Part shown: piece after piece, positions 13,101-28,100 of the stretch | Layout of the letters: every line of letters starts with the position of its first letter | Numbering within the stretch: position 1 is the first letter of the stretch | Source: Octopus bimaculoides | Lineage: Eukaryota | Direction of reading: 5' to 3' | Length of the DNA stretch: 64,000 nt | Assembly (NCBI RefSeq): GCF_001194135.2 | Contig: NC_068987.1 | Location: 19,139,726 to 19,203,725, forward strand | Notes under the pieces: model-generated | What the model saw: only the letters and a program-made list of their open reading frames with translations | What the model was told of the DNA's origin: nothing | The model's database searches: none | Made by a program: the position numbers and the translations under genes

Positions 13101-16100
13101 NNNNNNNNNNNNNNNNNNNNNNNNNNNNNNNNNNNNNNNNNNNNNNNNNNNNNNNNNNNNNNNNNNNNNNNNNNNNNNNNNNNNNNNNNNNNNNNNNNNN
13201 NNNNNNNNNNNNNNNNNNNNNNNNNNNNNNNNNNNNNTACATATACATCTATATGTATACATATACATCTCTCTCTCTCTCTCTCTTTCTCTGAAAGTAT
13301 CTGTCATTACAGTATCGAAATGTGATTGTTTCAGTTAGTGGAATAGTTTCATTTTTAAAGTGAAAGTATTTGACATGAGTGTTTTTGTTTCACTTTTGAC
13401 ACGTAATACTTAAATAGTGGAGGAGATACTATGTTGCCATGGGCTCGAACTCTGCAAGAAGTTAAAAAATTTTTTTGACTAAAACACAACTGGAACCCTA
13501 AGTAAGGCATGTGTAAAATTTGAATGAAATTGGTTGCGTAGTTCTCGAGTTTTAGAGATTCACACAGACAGACAGACAGGCATTCTCATTTTTATATATA
13601 TAGATAACCAAGGATACACATACGCACAGTGAAAAGACAATATAGTTATCCATGTGAAGGAAAAGAATTAAAGCATACATATACATTAACAAGCAAATTA
13701 GCTCATTAAGAAAAAGATGGCTAACAATGTGCTTCACACTCAATATATACTGCAAGAGGAGAGAGAACTTCCTACTATCCCAGCTATCGAGACCATCAGA
13801 CCACGCAGTTTCAACCTTATTATGGTCATCCTTGGTGATGGATACTCTTCTGCTAGACAAGTAGTTCACCCCAACTTGCAATATATAGAAAATAAGTGAC
13901 ACACAGTCACTGATTTTGCAGTAAATAAAGTAGCTCATTAAGAAAATCTCTATAAGAGATGAAAACAGTATCTATACTGAGAAGTAATGTTTATTGCTAT
14001 CTAAACATGGGTGTTCTCTAAGAATGGATAACACTGCTATTTTAACTCCAGGAAGACACCTCCTCCAGCTCTGATGGTCTTGGTAGCTGGGAGTTCTCTC
14101 CTCCCTTGCAATATATAGATGTTAAGTGCACCATTAACCAGCTGGAGGAGGCATCCTCCTGAGGTGAAAATAGCAGTATTGTCTGTTCTTAGAAAACACT
14201 CATGTTTAGATGGCAATAAACATTACTATATATAATTTAACCTCCACTTTTCCATGGCTGAATGCTGTTCCTGCAGCCAATCCTGACGTGTTTCCAAGCA
14301 AGATATTTCCCATGGCCAGACACATTTTTCATGGAAGATTGAAAACCAACAATATTGTCTGTATGATGGTTGTAAACCGTCATGTAATATCAGGACAAGA
14401 GTACACATAGAACACATTTTATTTATATATATATATATATATGCCACATAATAGGACTGAATCCAAGATATGGTTGGAAAGGAAACTGTAACTATGCACC
14501 CACACTAGCAGATTAATATTTTACAGGTATGCCCTGGCTAGAATATTTGAACAATTGTTTTTATAGCTTGATGTCTTTTCTATTGCTAATCATTCAATCG
14601 CAAAAACAGAATGGAGCATGTTCTATATATAGCATAGTGGTTAAGAGTGCGGGCTACTAATCCCAAGATTCCAAGCAGTGACCTGAACAATGATAATAAC
14701 ACGGGGGGGGGGGGACCCTAAGGAATGAGAACCCAGGTTCGAAATTTCGCCAAGACACCTGAAGAAGGCTGGAGGGTATATCAGCCGAAATGTGTTAACA
14801 AACAAGATGAGGACAAATATCTGTTGAACGTAAATAATGTAGAATGGAGCATGGTTTTTGTTTAGTTGGCACAACATATATGAAGACCATGTGATCAGTA
14901 GTAGCTGAACATCTTAACCTCAAATCATTTTGTAACTCTTATTTAAAACTTGTTTTCACATGAAATGGTAGTACTGAAGAATCATTCAACAGATGGCCAT
15001 AAGGCCAAACCGTTTCAGATCATCTTGTGCACCATTTAAGATAGGACAGTTCATTTCAGCTTAACAGAGACACCATTCCACATACAGACTGCTTTACAAT
15101 AAGAAGTGTGATCACCTACAACAAAATTGCTAACAATATGATTAAAATTTAAGACTGGAAAATAAACATACAATCATGACAGTATAGTAAAAGATAGTTT
15201 CTTTGCCCTGCCCATCTAACAGCCAGATCAACCAGTGTGATGTTTCTTGTGGTTGAGTGGGTTTCCGAATACAAATTTCATCAATCAGCATCTGCTTAAT
15301 ATCCACTTCTCCATGCTTGCATGGGTTGGATGTAATTCATTGATGCAGATTTTCTATGGCTGGGAGCCTTTCCTGTCACTGACCCTCACCCATTTCCAAG
15401 TCGAGTAATATTCTCCCATGGCTAAACAGGTTTCCATGGAAGATTAAAAATACAGTCACTGCTTGTGTGATGATGATGATCATCATTGACAAGTATCACA
15501 AAATATCAAAATAAGAAGACACTAACTCACATACACATATGGCAGGCTTCAGTCAGCCTGGGACTACAGTTGACACTTGCCGAAGGTGCTACACAGTGGG
15601 ACCTGAAGCCATAGTTGGGAAGGCTACTTCTTACACAGCCATACCTGTGCCTAATTTCTGCACATTAATTATACACACACACACACACAATCTTATTTTT
15701 AATATGTTCGATTCATTAGATTGCAGCCATGCTGGGGCACTGCCTTGAAGAATTTTAGTCAAATGAACTGACTCCAGTGCTTTTTTCTAAAAAGTCCAAT
15801 ACCCTATCAGTATCTTTTGCCGAAGCACTAATGTTACGGGGATGAAAACACACCAGCACCAGTTGTCAAGCAAAGGTGGGGCACAAACAGAGATTCAAAG
15901 ACACATACAGATATACAAATATATGACAGGCTTCTTTCAGTTTCCACCAACCAAATCCACACACAAGGCTTTGGTCGGCCCAAGTTGCCCAAGTTGCCAG
16001 GTAGTGAGACCGAACCCAGAACCACATGGTTTGGAAACAAACTTCTTACCACACAGCCACAGCTACATATAAAAACTCAAATTAATTTGTCTGGAAGACA

Positions 16101-19100
16101 GTATTTTGCAGTCAATGAGTCCAAGAAAGAAATTTCAGAGAGTTGACATTCTGAAAAGAAATGACTGGATGTAGGGGTTAGTGGAGTACCGGTGGGACTG
16201 AACACAATGTGGGTGATAGGAAGAGGAGAGATGAATGAATGTCAGAGTAGAGACCAATCAGCAATGACAAAAACACATCTGACCAATCAGAAATGAAACA
16301 ACACATCTGTGGGCCAGAGTGTTTACGAGTGACTGCAACATCAATTACAGATGAAAGATCTTAATTTCGAAGGCACAACATAGCTTGACTAAACTGAAAT
16401 AAGAATGCTAATTTTAGTATAGCATTGCCTTATTTCAAACACGTAGACTCTTTGCTTAAATTTTAATTCCCAGCCTGATATTAGAATACAAGGAAAAACT
16501 ATGCCTTCAACAATCTTAACCTAGCTCTTTGATAAAATATAAATAACCAATATAAAATCATTTTTGGATAAATGAAAATATGGTTGGGCAAATTGTTCTT
16601 TAACCCAACCATATCCAACCCAAATATTCAACCAGTTTTAAGCCAGCTGGTTCTGGCCTCTCACACTTACCCTGCAATATAATCACATCACTGAAATCTT
16701 GAAGCTACAAGATAATGCACGATTGATTCAAAACAATGTGAATAAATAAGGATTACGTTTGATAGTGTAATCTGAGTGCCAAACGGTTAAATGTTACTAA
16801 TTCATATATTTGGAAATAGGGTGGGGAGAGCCCCAGTATGCACAGTACAATGGTGGGCATTAGGAAGAGCAAAAATTGTAGAAACTATGCCAAAGTAGAC
16901 AGTGGAACATGATGTAGTCCTTGGACCTGCCACATCCTGTCAAACTGCCCACCCTTTGCCAGCAAGGAACATGGGTGTAAAATATGATAAGGATGTCAAC
17001 AAATTTTTTTAATATATCCCAGTATTTAAATAGGTATACCATGTCTTTTATATACTGTTAGAAGCAATTAAAAGGGTTGTCAATAAAAAGGACATCTGGA
17101 CATAAAACAGTTTTAGAAAACCTGTCCAACTCATTCATACTAACATGGAAAAACAGACAATGATGATGACAACAATGCAAATAATATTGTTTTCTACTCT
17201 AGGCACAAGGTTTGAAATTTTGGAGGGGAGTTGAGTCGATAAGATTGACCCCAGTACACAACTGGTACTTAATTTATTGACCCCAAAAGGATGAAAGGGA
17301 AAGTCGACCTCAGTGGAATTTGAATTCAGTACACAAAGGCAGATGAAATATCATTAAGCATTTCGCCCAACATGCTAACGTTTCTGCCAGCTCACTGCCT
17401 TACAATGCAAATAATATTAGTGACAGTAAAAGTGCATGTGTCTCTCTATCTAGACTTCTAAAACCATCAGAGTTTAAAACATCAATATCCAATCTATATA
17501 AATTAACCATATGCTACACATGATTGTTATGCTTAGAGTGGAGTGGGGTGGGGAGGTCCCGAGAACTGGGTCCAAAATAGTTTATTATTTTTTAAAATAC
17601 AAATGGTGTTAGCAGTTGCTCATTACAAGTTCAATTATTACCAAGTTACAACCCAATAAGCAGTTTTAGATAAGGCTCAGAGTTTTCTTCAGTCTTCTCA
17701 TAAATAAAGCTCTACTGTCATTAATGTAGGCAGGTAGACATTAAGTTTCATCTACAAAAGCATCAAAATGTAACCAAGTAGAATTTCACCATTCCATAAT
17801 GCCAGTTAACTTTGTCTTTTAATTTCCAAGTATATCAGGGCATTGCGAGAGACCTTTAGATTGAAACTGGGGAGAATATCATCACAGGGGCTGTTACTGG
17901 ATGGTCGCCCTAGTCAGCTACCTAGTACATTACCACCACCTGGCCCTTGAGGGTCTTTTGCAGAGTCCAGACTATTGCATTTAGGGTAGGTCCATGAGCC
18001 AGGGCTAACTTCTCTTTACCAACAAACCCAGAAAGAGCCATGTGCATTCACCTCCTCTTCTGAATCCTGTGTGTATGTGTGTGCACGCACACACACACAG
18101 ACACAACTTTTGTAGTATTTTAGTTCAGAACAGCACATGCACTGCTGTATTCAAAGAATTAAAAGGGTCAACACCAGAATCAACTATGAATAATACGAAA
18201 CAACAAAGGAACTCAAATATTTGTTTGACTAACTATAAATAGTGGTCAAATACACTCAACCACAATTTTGTTTTTTGCTTTGTTAGGTGACTCATAATTA
18301 AAAGTTTTCAAGCTCCATTAGTGGCGCCACAATAATTAAAACAAAAAATCCTGTCTAAAACAAAATTAAATGTACTGCCAAATCAAATTTACAGAACTAT
18401 TTGAAAAGGAATTGGGTCATCATCACCATTTAACGTCCGCTTTCCATGCTAGCATGGGTTGGACGATTTGACTGAGGGCTGGTGAACCAGATGGCTACAC
18501 CAGGCTCCAATCTGATTTGGCAGAGTTTCTACAGCTGGATGCCCTTCCTAACGCCTTTGATTAAAAGATGAGTGTCAAGAGGTGAACAAGAGACCACAAA
18601 GAAACAGGGTAACAACAAAGGCAGAGGAATGAAGTAAATAGGTTTCATGAAAATCAGGAACTGAAAACTATTTAACCATCAGTAGAAAAACAATGACTTG
18701 AATAATGCAACACACAGACACAGATTAAGAGTTAATGTCCAACTATTTCTTCAGCACTTCAACCATTTTTCTAGCTCACACCCTATCTTGATTTTCCAAG
18801 CACAAAAGTGTTATTGTGAAGGAAGTGGGGAGTGAGTGCATGTGTATGAATACAAAAGAGATTTTTAAACTTTATTGCAAATTTTATTTACTTGTGATCC
18901 ATTCTGAAGTAACCTGTGTTTACACCTAGCTAAAAGTACTGAACTACAGTAAAACAAGTAACTTCTTCCTAAAATCGCTCTATTTTAAGTCCTAAGGCTC
19001 CTATAGAACTTAATACATTTCAAGAGATAAGGCTCATAAAAACAAAACATAATTGAAAGCAGTTGTCAAGTTATCTTTTGGATTTTAAAACTGCCACATT

Positions 19101-22100
19101 GAGCAGAATGTTGAGGTGTAGGAATGAAATTCTCAAAAGACAGAATCTAACATTTTTGATGTTAGGAAGGGCATCCAGCTATAGAAACCATGCCCAAACA
19201 GACAAAAGGAACTTGACAAAGTCCTCAGACCTGTTGGATCCTGTCAAACCATCTTGCCCATGACAGCATGGAATATGGACACTAAATTATGATGATGAGA
19301 AAGAGGATAATAGCACCCCACCTGAGATCACACCTAGCTCTATGAAACAAATTTCCTGTTTAAAAATCATCTAAATTAAAACCTTCCCTCAAAATTCCAT
19401 GTTAATTCATGTTTCAAAATTAATTTAAAGGCAGTAATTACACCAAAATGGTCAAGTTTTAGTACAAATTCGATACTATTGGTTGTACACAAATTTCTTG
19501 TTACCTAAACAATTCTGGGGCTTTATACTTGTAGCCAGATGAAACAACATTTACAATATCTGAATAAGAAAGTTCTACAAACTAAATCTTCCTCAAATCA
19601 CACTAATCAATTCATACTTTGGGAGTGAAATTGGGTAGACAGAAAATGTATAAAAGCTCACTGGCAGGATTGTGTCTGTAACTCAAAAGGTACAATCTTG
19701 TCACATACATTGTTATGCTGATTATGCTAGAGAATTATGTTAAGTCTGTGGAATGCTCAACCAATTACAAGTTAATTCAGAAGAACTGATCAAACTGAAC
19801 CCTCATCAGAGGAGATGCACTACTACTAAACATTTCATCTGTCAGGTAACCATTATTTTGGTAGATACCAAAACCTTGTAATAGGTTAGTCAGTCATAGA
19901 TTTGCAAGACCCATGGTAAACAGAATGGAGAATTATTTCTGGTTCCACATTACTGATCATGAAATAATTAAAATATATTCCATTTAAAATGCTTAATCTA
20001 CAGAACAAAATAATCTTAAAGACATTTTTAACGGGTAATTCAGAGGAGTAACAGACTGGAAGTAGAAAATGATCTCCAAACTGGAGTAAATTCTAGCTCA
20101 AATGCTTGTAACAATGTGGATTCTACTAAAAACCCCAAAGACTAGCTAGAGTGGAGTGAGTTGGATGTTATATTAAGTGATTAAGTCTACCAATTGAAAG
20201 AAGAGTCTCTCTCTGGTGGGCTTCTACAGTTTCAATCAACCAAATTTCCCTCGCAAAGCTTGGCTTCACCCCAGACTTAAAGAATACCTGCCCAGAATAT
20301 TTGTTGCACAGTTGAAAAGCAAATTTAACACAGCCATGCTTGTCTCAATGAAAACACTAAGCACAAGAGGCAGTACAGCCAACTGGTCAGAGAAAATTTG
20401 AAACGAGTTTTCAAGATAACTGTCTGAGAATTTGAATTCAAACACCATTAAAATATCTCAACTTCTAACTTCTTTGTTTCAATAAACTAATGAAAAAACC
20501 TCTATGACCAATTAACTAGCAAGAAATAGCAGTTAAACTACCCTCAACCATCTTTTGAAAGGAACAGACTAGATGATATACTGTATATAGGTAGGCACGT
20601 ACTGTTCTATTAGTTACAGTACTTACACTGTAAATAGAATACACGGTCTTTCTCTCAATTTTCAAAATAATGAAAAATTCAATAAAACAACTGTCATTAT
20701 TATGGCTTTCGGAACACAAGTTACCATGAAATTTTGCTGGAAGGTTGTAACAGTTCTCTTTGAAACAGGAAGTTCACAAAATAGAACCTGAGACAGTTTC
20801 AGGCAGGCTGGTATCAAAAGGGTTAATTCCACATAGATTTACTTGTTCAAAAATAATAATTTTCTTATATTAACAAAAAGACAAATTAATCATGCCTATT
20901 ATTGGTTGGTATTTATTTTATTAACAAGGGGTGGCAGGGATTAAATTAACAACAGATGAATTATAGCTAGCTACTGTGAAGCTGGATGCTATACGATTTC
21001 TCTTGTTGATGCCAATCTCTAATATTGACACTAGACTAAAAGTTTCTAAGGGTGGGGTACAAGAATTCCTGAATGACAAAAGCCAACCACAGTCTTAGAG
21101 AGATTTTGAACTCAGAATGGTGGGTCACTCACTGTCCTTAATGATTTCTTAAATTAGTACAAGACCATTCCATTATAGCAAAGTCAACAGAGTATTCAGA
21201 AAATTAGTAATAATGGGATTACCAAAGAAATCAAAGATTGTTCTTTGTATCCAAAAGTATGCAAATTTCAACACTCAGAAAAGAAAAAAAACAATCAAAA
21301 CAAAACGTCTTCCACCCACAATCATACTATCTTTTTTATGGAATATGTCACCCCTATCCAAATTATCCAACATGACCACGAAAGGGGTATCATTGATAAA
21401 CCACCCTCATGATAGGATCTATTACTGACACCATATTTACACTTTATCCTTGGTTCATAAAATAGGCAAGAGTCAAGTCTTAAGATAACAAATTTATTAC
21501 AAGTGAAATTTGTGTTCAAACTGACCATTCTACATTTTTTTTTATGAATTCATAATTTTTTCTCACATTACTCAAAACAGTGCACCAACAGTAATCAGCC
21601 TAACCCTAACCCTTTAGCATACAAGCTGGCCATATCTGACCTAAATATTCTACCTGCTTTTATGATCAAACCAGCCCAGATCTGGTCTCTCACACCTACC
21701 CCATAATATCATTCTAAAAATAAACAATTACATCACTGAAATCTCTTGGCTGCCAATTAATGCATGATTAATTCAAAACAATGTGACTAAATAAACATTA
21801 CATTTAACAGAGTAATCTGAATGCTAAAAACTTAATATTTAAATTTCAGCTCAAAGGAAACAACACAAAACAAAATTTCATTACAAGACACATTCTGGGT
21901 TGGTTGTGCCAATAGGAATTAGACCAGAGATTAAAACAAATTTTGCTACACTGAAAAATGTTATAACAAAATTCTACTTGTAATAAATTTAGTTGATCCC
22001 ATTATATGATTGGTACATGTTTAATCAACTGAAGATGGGAAATAAGTATGGTATCAGTAAACCCCTATGATGAGAATAAACTAGATCAGGCACCACCAAA

Positions 22101-25100
22101 CTTTTTTCACACCAGGCCAGATAACTGTGAGAATGATGAGCGCGGGCCGTATAACTGTTTTGTTCAATACAATACAGTGATTACACAAAAAAGACAACCA
22201 ACATATTTATTTACCAAAAGGTTATCAAAGAAAGTGACATTAACAATAAGATAGCTACATCACACCCAATGTGCACATATCTGAATCTCACAAACTAAAG
22301 AGCAAAAAAGGTTAGTGCGATTTGTGAAACTGGTGTTATACTTTTAAGATAACAACATTTGCTTTGGAATTGCTGCATCCAACCAAGAGAATTCCTTTCA
22401 ATTGTTCATGAGTCAACCTCGTTCAATGTGCTGACTTCACAGACGATGCCATAACAGAGGTAAGTTTCTCCAAATGTGGAAACTCATTAATAGGTAAGCA
22501 GCAACAAAATTCAAGAAGTTTTCCTTCTCTGTGCTTCTCTTTCAACAAATCATTTGCTTGCAAATCAATGAGCACCAACTGTAGTTCGACTGGCATGTCA
22601 TCAAGGTGACAATTACATGGATTCTGAAACTGAAGAATGTCACTCAACTCTGTGGAAATCTGAAGGTATGGTGCGGCGGTGGGCCGGATCCAGCCTGCAG
22701 GCTATAGTTTGGTGACCCCCTGGACAAGACAGTACCAAATAAATATCAATTAAAAGATATTTCCCCAAAGGAAATCTCACACCCTTCTATACAGTAAGAG
22801 TGGAAGGTTATCTCCTTGTTGACATTTCAAGAGGTACTGTCAGATATGCACATTATTTCTTCCAATTATAAACTTGAGCAGATACATGATCAAAAGTATT
22901 CCACCTGTGACCATCCCATTTTTTAAAGGTGCTATCCAATGTGTCCACTTTAGGACAGTAAAATGTAATTTATTCTCCCTCACTATTTCACCATACAGCC
23001 AAGATCTGTACTGAAGAAGATGAAACTGTTGCCCAAATTTCACACTTGCAAGAGACTCACAAGGATAAGGAAACTCAAGAAATAATAGTTAAATAGCCTC
23101 TATATGATTGATTAACATCCTAGGAACAGCCACCAAACCACCTTCATACAACAACCACTACCTTAAAAATGAAAGAATGCAGATACACATTATGTACCTA
23201 GAAAAAATATACAATCGTTGCAGTTGGAATGTGTGTGTGTGTGTGTATACATATATATACACACACACACACACAAACAGAGGATTATGGCTGACCTAAA
23301 CAGCAGCAGCAACATTAAACTATTTTTATGGCTCAATGAGGAAGGCAGTGAAGAAAACAAGCCTAATTTAATCAACAAGGATGCTTCTAAATAGTTGTCG
23401 AACCTGTTAGAAATAGCAGCAAAGTTTTACACAATTCACATTGTTTTCTCATAATGGACACTACATAATGTTCCAAGATACACTGTTCCATAATTGAAAA
23501 TACAAAAAAAGATAGCATGGTTACAGCTGGAATGCCTCTTGGTCATCTGTCCATGAGATCAGAGCTGATATAGGGGTTAAAATAACAACATTTGAAAGTA
23601 ATTAAGAATCCCCGAGGTGGTCGCTCAATTTGACAGAAATAGCTGCCAAATCTTTCAAATGAAACCTCACTATCTTCATCCTTTAGCATTCAGATTACTT
23701 TGTCAAATCTAACGTTTATTTTATATTATTTTGAATTTATTTATATATTTGAGCCAGATATGGCTGGTTGAAATGCCAAAGGGCTAAACTAAGGACACAA
23801 TGAATAGAGTTGTTTTGGATATCCCTAAAAAGACAGCATGGTTATGGCCGGAATGCATAAGTCTGCGCCTTCTCAGACTACAAAAGCATTTGAAAGAAAA
23901 CAATTCAGAATCAGTGTTTTGCGTCACAAAATTTTGTTTTGTTTTCTATTAATTCAAACCAATTAACAAATGTAAATGAAGTGTGTATAATATGTGACAA
24001 ACTTTCATAACCTTTGGGAATATATGGATGTCAATTGAGCTGAAAACAGAAATAAGTTCAGAAACAAACAAACAAACAAACAAAACCAGGTAAATGTCAA
24101 ATTACTGATTAAATAACGACTACTAAATAATAACCAGCTAACTTAAACCAAACTTGAATAGCCAGGTAAACGAGCCACTAATTTTTATGCAAATCTAACG
24201 CTCACCTGAATTTATGATAATGAGACATTATTTAGGCTACACATTTGAAGACTGGTAGGTGATTCTTAATTACAGCCACTTATTATATAACAGTCAAAAA
24301 AAGATATGGCTCAAATAAAACCAGGAAGATCAAGATTTCATTCTACTGAAATATATAAAATATGCTTAACATGCCAATTGTGCCTATACTGGTTATTCTT
24401 TATGTACTCCCAAATTAACCTTATTTTTCCATTTAAAACCTAAATGATAAATGAAAATTATTGAATGTCTTTTTTTTTTTTTTACGAAAGACATTTTCCC
24501 ACATTGATAGAAAAAAAGCTTACACCTGGAAGCCAGAGAAAAGTGAAGATTTTATAACTATGGGAATGTGCCTAAAATAGTTTCTAACAATATGAGGACT
24601 AGAGAAAGAATAATGTACAAGATTTGGTTCTTTTCAGATGAATTACAGAAAAAAGTTATTTTCTCAAAACAGAAAATGAGAGAGGACAGTTATTAAATTG
24701 AAGATGGTGTTGTCATAAGTAAAAGGTTCATTACAGACTTCTTTAAAATTTATGAACACTAATAGGATTATATTTTGATCAATGGGGTTGAAAGCACCAA
24801 ATTAGAGGGTATAAAGACTTTGTAGGCTATTCTGTATTGTCAGAACAGATTTCTCGATTATTGTGGATCTGCTTTCCATGGATGTATTCTTGTTACTGAC
24901 ATCCTAGACAGGTCAAATGACCATGCTGTTCAAGCATTCTATTTTGACAGGGTTTCTAATGCTGGAAGCCCAGCCACTGAAAGTGTATACAATGCAGTTT
25001 GTGGTGGAACCAACTCGTGAGGAAATCATTTCCTTGACTAGAAATAAAGAGTCCTCTTGACCGTATATTGTCAGTTTGTTCACCATCCATTTTAGAGTGG

Positions 25101-28100
25101 ATTAGCACATTTTACCATCGCACCAATACTAATGAGCTTGCCTTGTACTCCACAAGGATACAGCCCTCACCGCTGAGTGTCACATCCATCTATTAAATGC
25201 AGTATGCTAAAGAGAGTAGACAGAAGAGAGAATGAATAACAATTAAGGTAAGTGGGGGGAAAAAAAAAAAAAACTTCAATATAAGAAGAGAGAGAGTAGA
25301 CTGTGGTTAACAGAGAGACAGTAGTAGAGTGATGTACTAGACATAAGGTAGTGGCAGCAACTACATGTTTATAATGATTTAACCACAAGGCAACACAACT
25401 GAGAGACATTATATAATGGTGGTAAAATTTGGCTATTTTTTAAACACAAATCCCCAACAACATTCATTTGGAAGGATGAAAGATAATGTTGAATATGTGA
25501 CCCCTAAGTACAGCCATATTAATCTATATTGTTTTAAGAAACCAAAGTAATATCACTACAAATTCTTAACATTTTTTTTCAGTTAGCAATGTCTATTTTT
25601 TTTTTTTTTTTCACGTTTATACTTTTATTACAAGGGTGTTTACTGAAAATGGTGCTTTGCACTATTAGAATATGTCAGTAATGTAACTTTGTTTTAAACT
25701 GTAATATTTTAAATAAAATAATTACTTCCAAATAATGGAGTATGTAAAATATAACCACACCCCTTGAGTATGCTAACATGAATTGCCATTGGATGCAATA
25801 GCTAGTTTTGACTAACTGCAGGCATATAAAGCGTATAAATTGTTGTCTCAGTACCACTATCTTAGAAATATTCATTTTCACAGGTAGGTTATTTTATTAA
25901 AAAATTTTTTTCTCATTTACACCTGACTATAATGCTACCTCTACCCTGATTTTCTCACATTATACACAAGTAAATATATCAGCATGGCTCTTATTATGGG
26001 GGCGGGCTAGACATGGCTGCACAGCTAAGAAGTTATATTTGCAACTACGTGGTTTTAGGGTCAATCCTATTGCACACCACCTTGGGCAAGTGTTATCTAA
26101 CCAAAGCTTTGTGAATGAAAGAAATCTAGGAGACAGAAACTGAGTGGAAGTCCATCAGAAGAACTGTTCCTTTTGTGTGGCAGAATTAATCCGTTATTCT
26201 GTATATTTAACAGTACTACATGGCCCTTGGGTGCCTTTAGTATGGTTTCATTATTGCAAGAATTTGAACCTGCTCTGAAGACAACTTCTACCTTCACTCA
26301 AATCCTAGGGGCTGTGCAAAACGTTATCTGCACAGCCCTTCCTTCTTTGACTAAGAGATATTAAGAAAATAATATCTGGAAATGGAGATATTTTATTTCA
26401 CTGATGCTTGTAAAAAAAAACTAAGGTAGCAATACACAAGTGAAAATTATCATTGAGCCAATATAAAGATGAATCTTGTAAGTTGTATATGGTTGCTTAA
26501 ACACCAATACACTGCTAAAAGAAAGCCAGACATTAAAAAGGATAACTGTAACAACTGATTTTAATGACTGATGTACTTGGAATATCTAGGTCAATCACAA
26601 CAATTCACCTAAAACCCAAGGAACACGAACGACATTGGCAAGTTTACACAAGAATTGACATGAATGTTCCTAGAGAAAGTACATAATCTTGTTTGCTTAA
26701 TGTTTAAAAAAAAAAAAAATCTAAATACTTGATCCTCTTATAATTTATTCAACCACAAAATACATCTCACTATCATCATGACCCTCAAAACCATAGAAGC
26801 ATCCAATCAGGAATAATTAGTGGGGGGGAGAAGCAAAAAACTACCAGACCATCACAGATATGGATGTATATATATATGTCATTTGCAAAGATTTTGTTGC
26901 TATAGGTTGCTGCTTCTATTCAAAATAATGATTTTCAACTCTGGCCCAATGCCACAGGTTTCATGTAGAGGGGATCACTCCCATAATCAATCAATCGATC
27001 AATATCCGACAGGCATTTTGACCACAAAAAAACAAAGTTGATACTGGCCTAATTTTTGGCTCAGAACACAAAGAACTGTAACTAAATGATTTCTATCTTA
27101 AGTACAATGGTACAAACGCAGAAGGATGGGATTAATTAAAGTGACCCCAGTACAAATCAATAATGCAAGGTACTTCATCTGACATTACTGCCATTCACAG
27201 GCCTTCTTATAATAGCAATGATTTTTTAGCATAAAAAAAAAGACCATGAATTATGGTGGAGCACATAATGACTAAATCAACCACAGTATACAACTGGTAC
27301 ATATTTTACCAAGTTCAGAAGGATCAAAAACAAAGACAACTCCAATTGTCTTTAAATCCAGAAATGTAACTTAATCCAGTGAGGCATTTTCTCCTACCGA
27401 TTCTGCTGCTATAAAATATTTAAAAATCTAAATCAGTATAAAACTTCCAAATTCTATAAAAACTGTATAACTCCTTGGCAAATGGTTCAAACATTAACAT
27501 TTTAGCATCTCTAACCCAAGTATTCATCATTGTTGCCAACAGCACATATCTGTGGTGTAATGCACTAACTATAAGCTTAGTTTATTTTATATCAAAGTTG
27601 GTGAGACTGAGCCAGTATGTTAGTATTAAGTCAATATCATAAACGGGGGTGGATGGAGTGAGTTATTTCGCATAGAAAATAAATACCGGTCTCAAGTTAT
27701 TTAAATATTTTAAAACTACAAACTTTGTTTCCCCAGCATGTTCTAAAATGAGAACCTACACATGGTTGCATGATCTGCCAGTAACAGTAATCAAATCAAT
27801 GTCAAATCGTATCCTACTATCTAATAAGGAATAAATTTGATAATATATTTCAAGATACAATATAGGGGGTAAAAACAGGTCCTATATTCCTACAATTAAG
27901 GTCTTGCCAGTATTAGAACTCAGAACTATTCTATTAAATGAACAGTCTCAATGCACTTGCTACATACGGCTAGTGGGTTAGGGCACTGAAGCCTGGCATT
28001 TGAATTTTAATAGAGCTAGGTTTTAACCCAAAACAAGGGTAATGCCCCCAAAGTCATTTAAGAGCAGGTGTAGGTGTGACTGAGAAGCTTGCTTCCTAAC

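Noticed and set aside
12823-13338. Long ORFs in the track (also 54267-55332, 56205-56947, 58413-58925, 60855-61569, 62579-62953, 63606-63893)
   Set aside because: They are artefacts of N-gaps and dinucleotide repeats (YIYI, HTHT, CVCV).
25171-25206. Short block before a GCG|gtgagg donor
   Set aside because: The 36-nt version has a stop in phase 1 and the 19-nt version shifts the frame.
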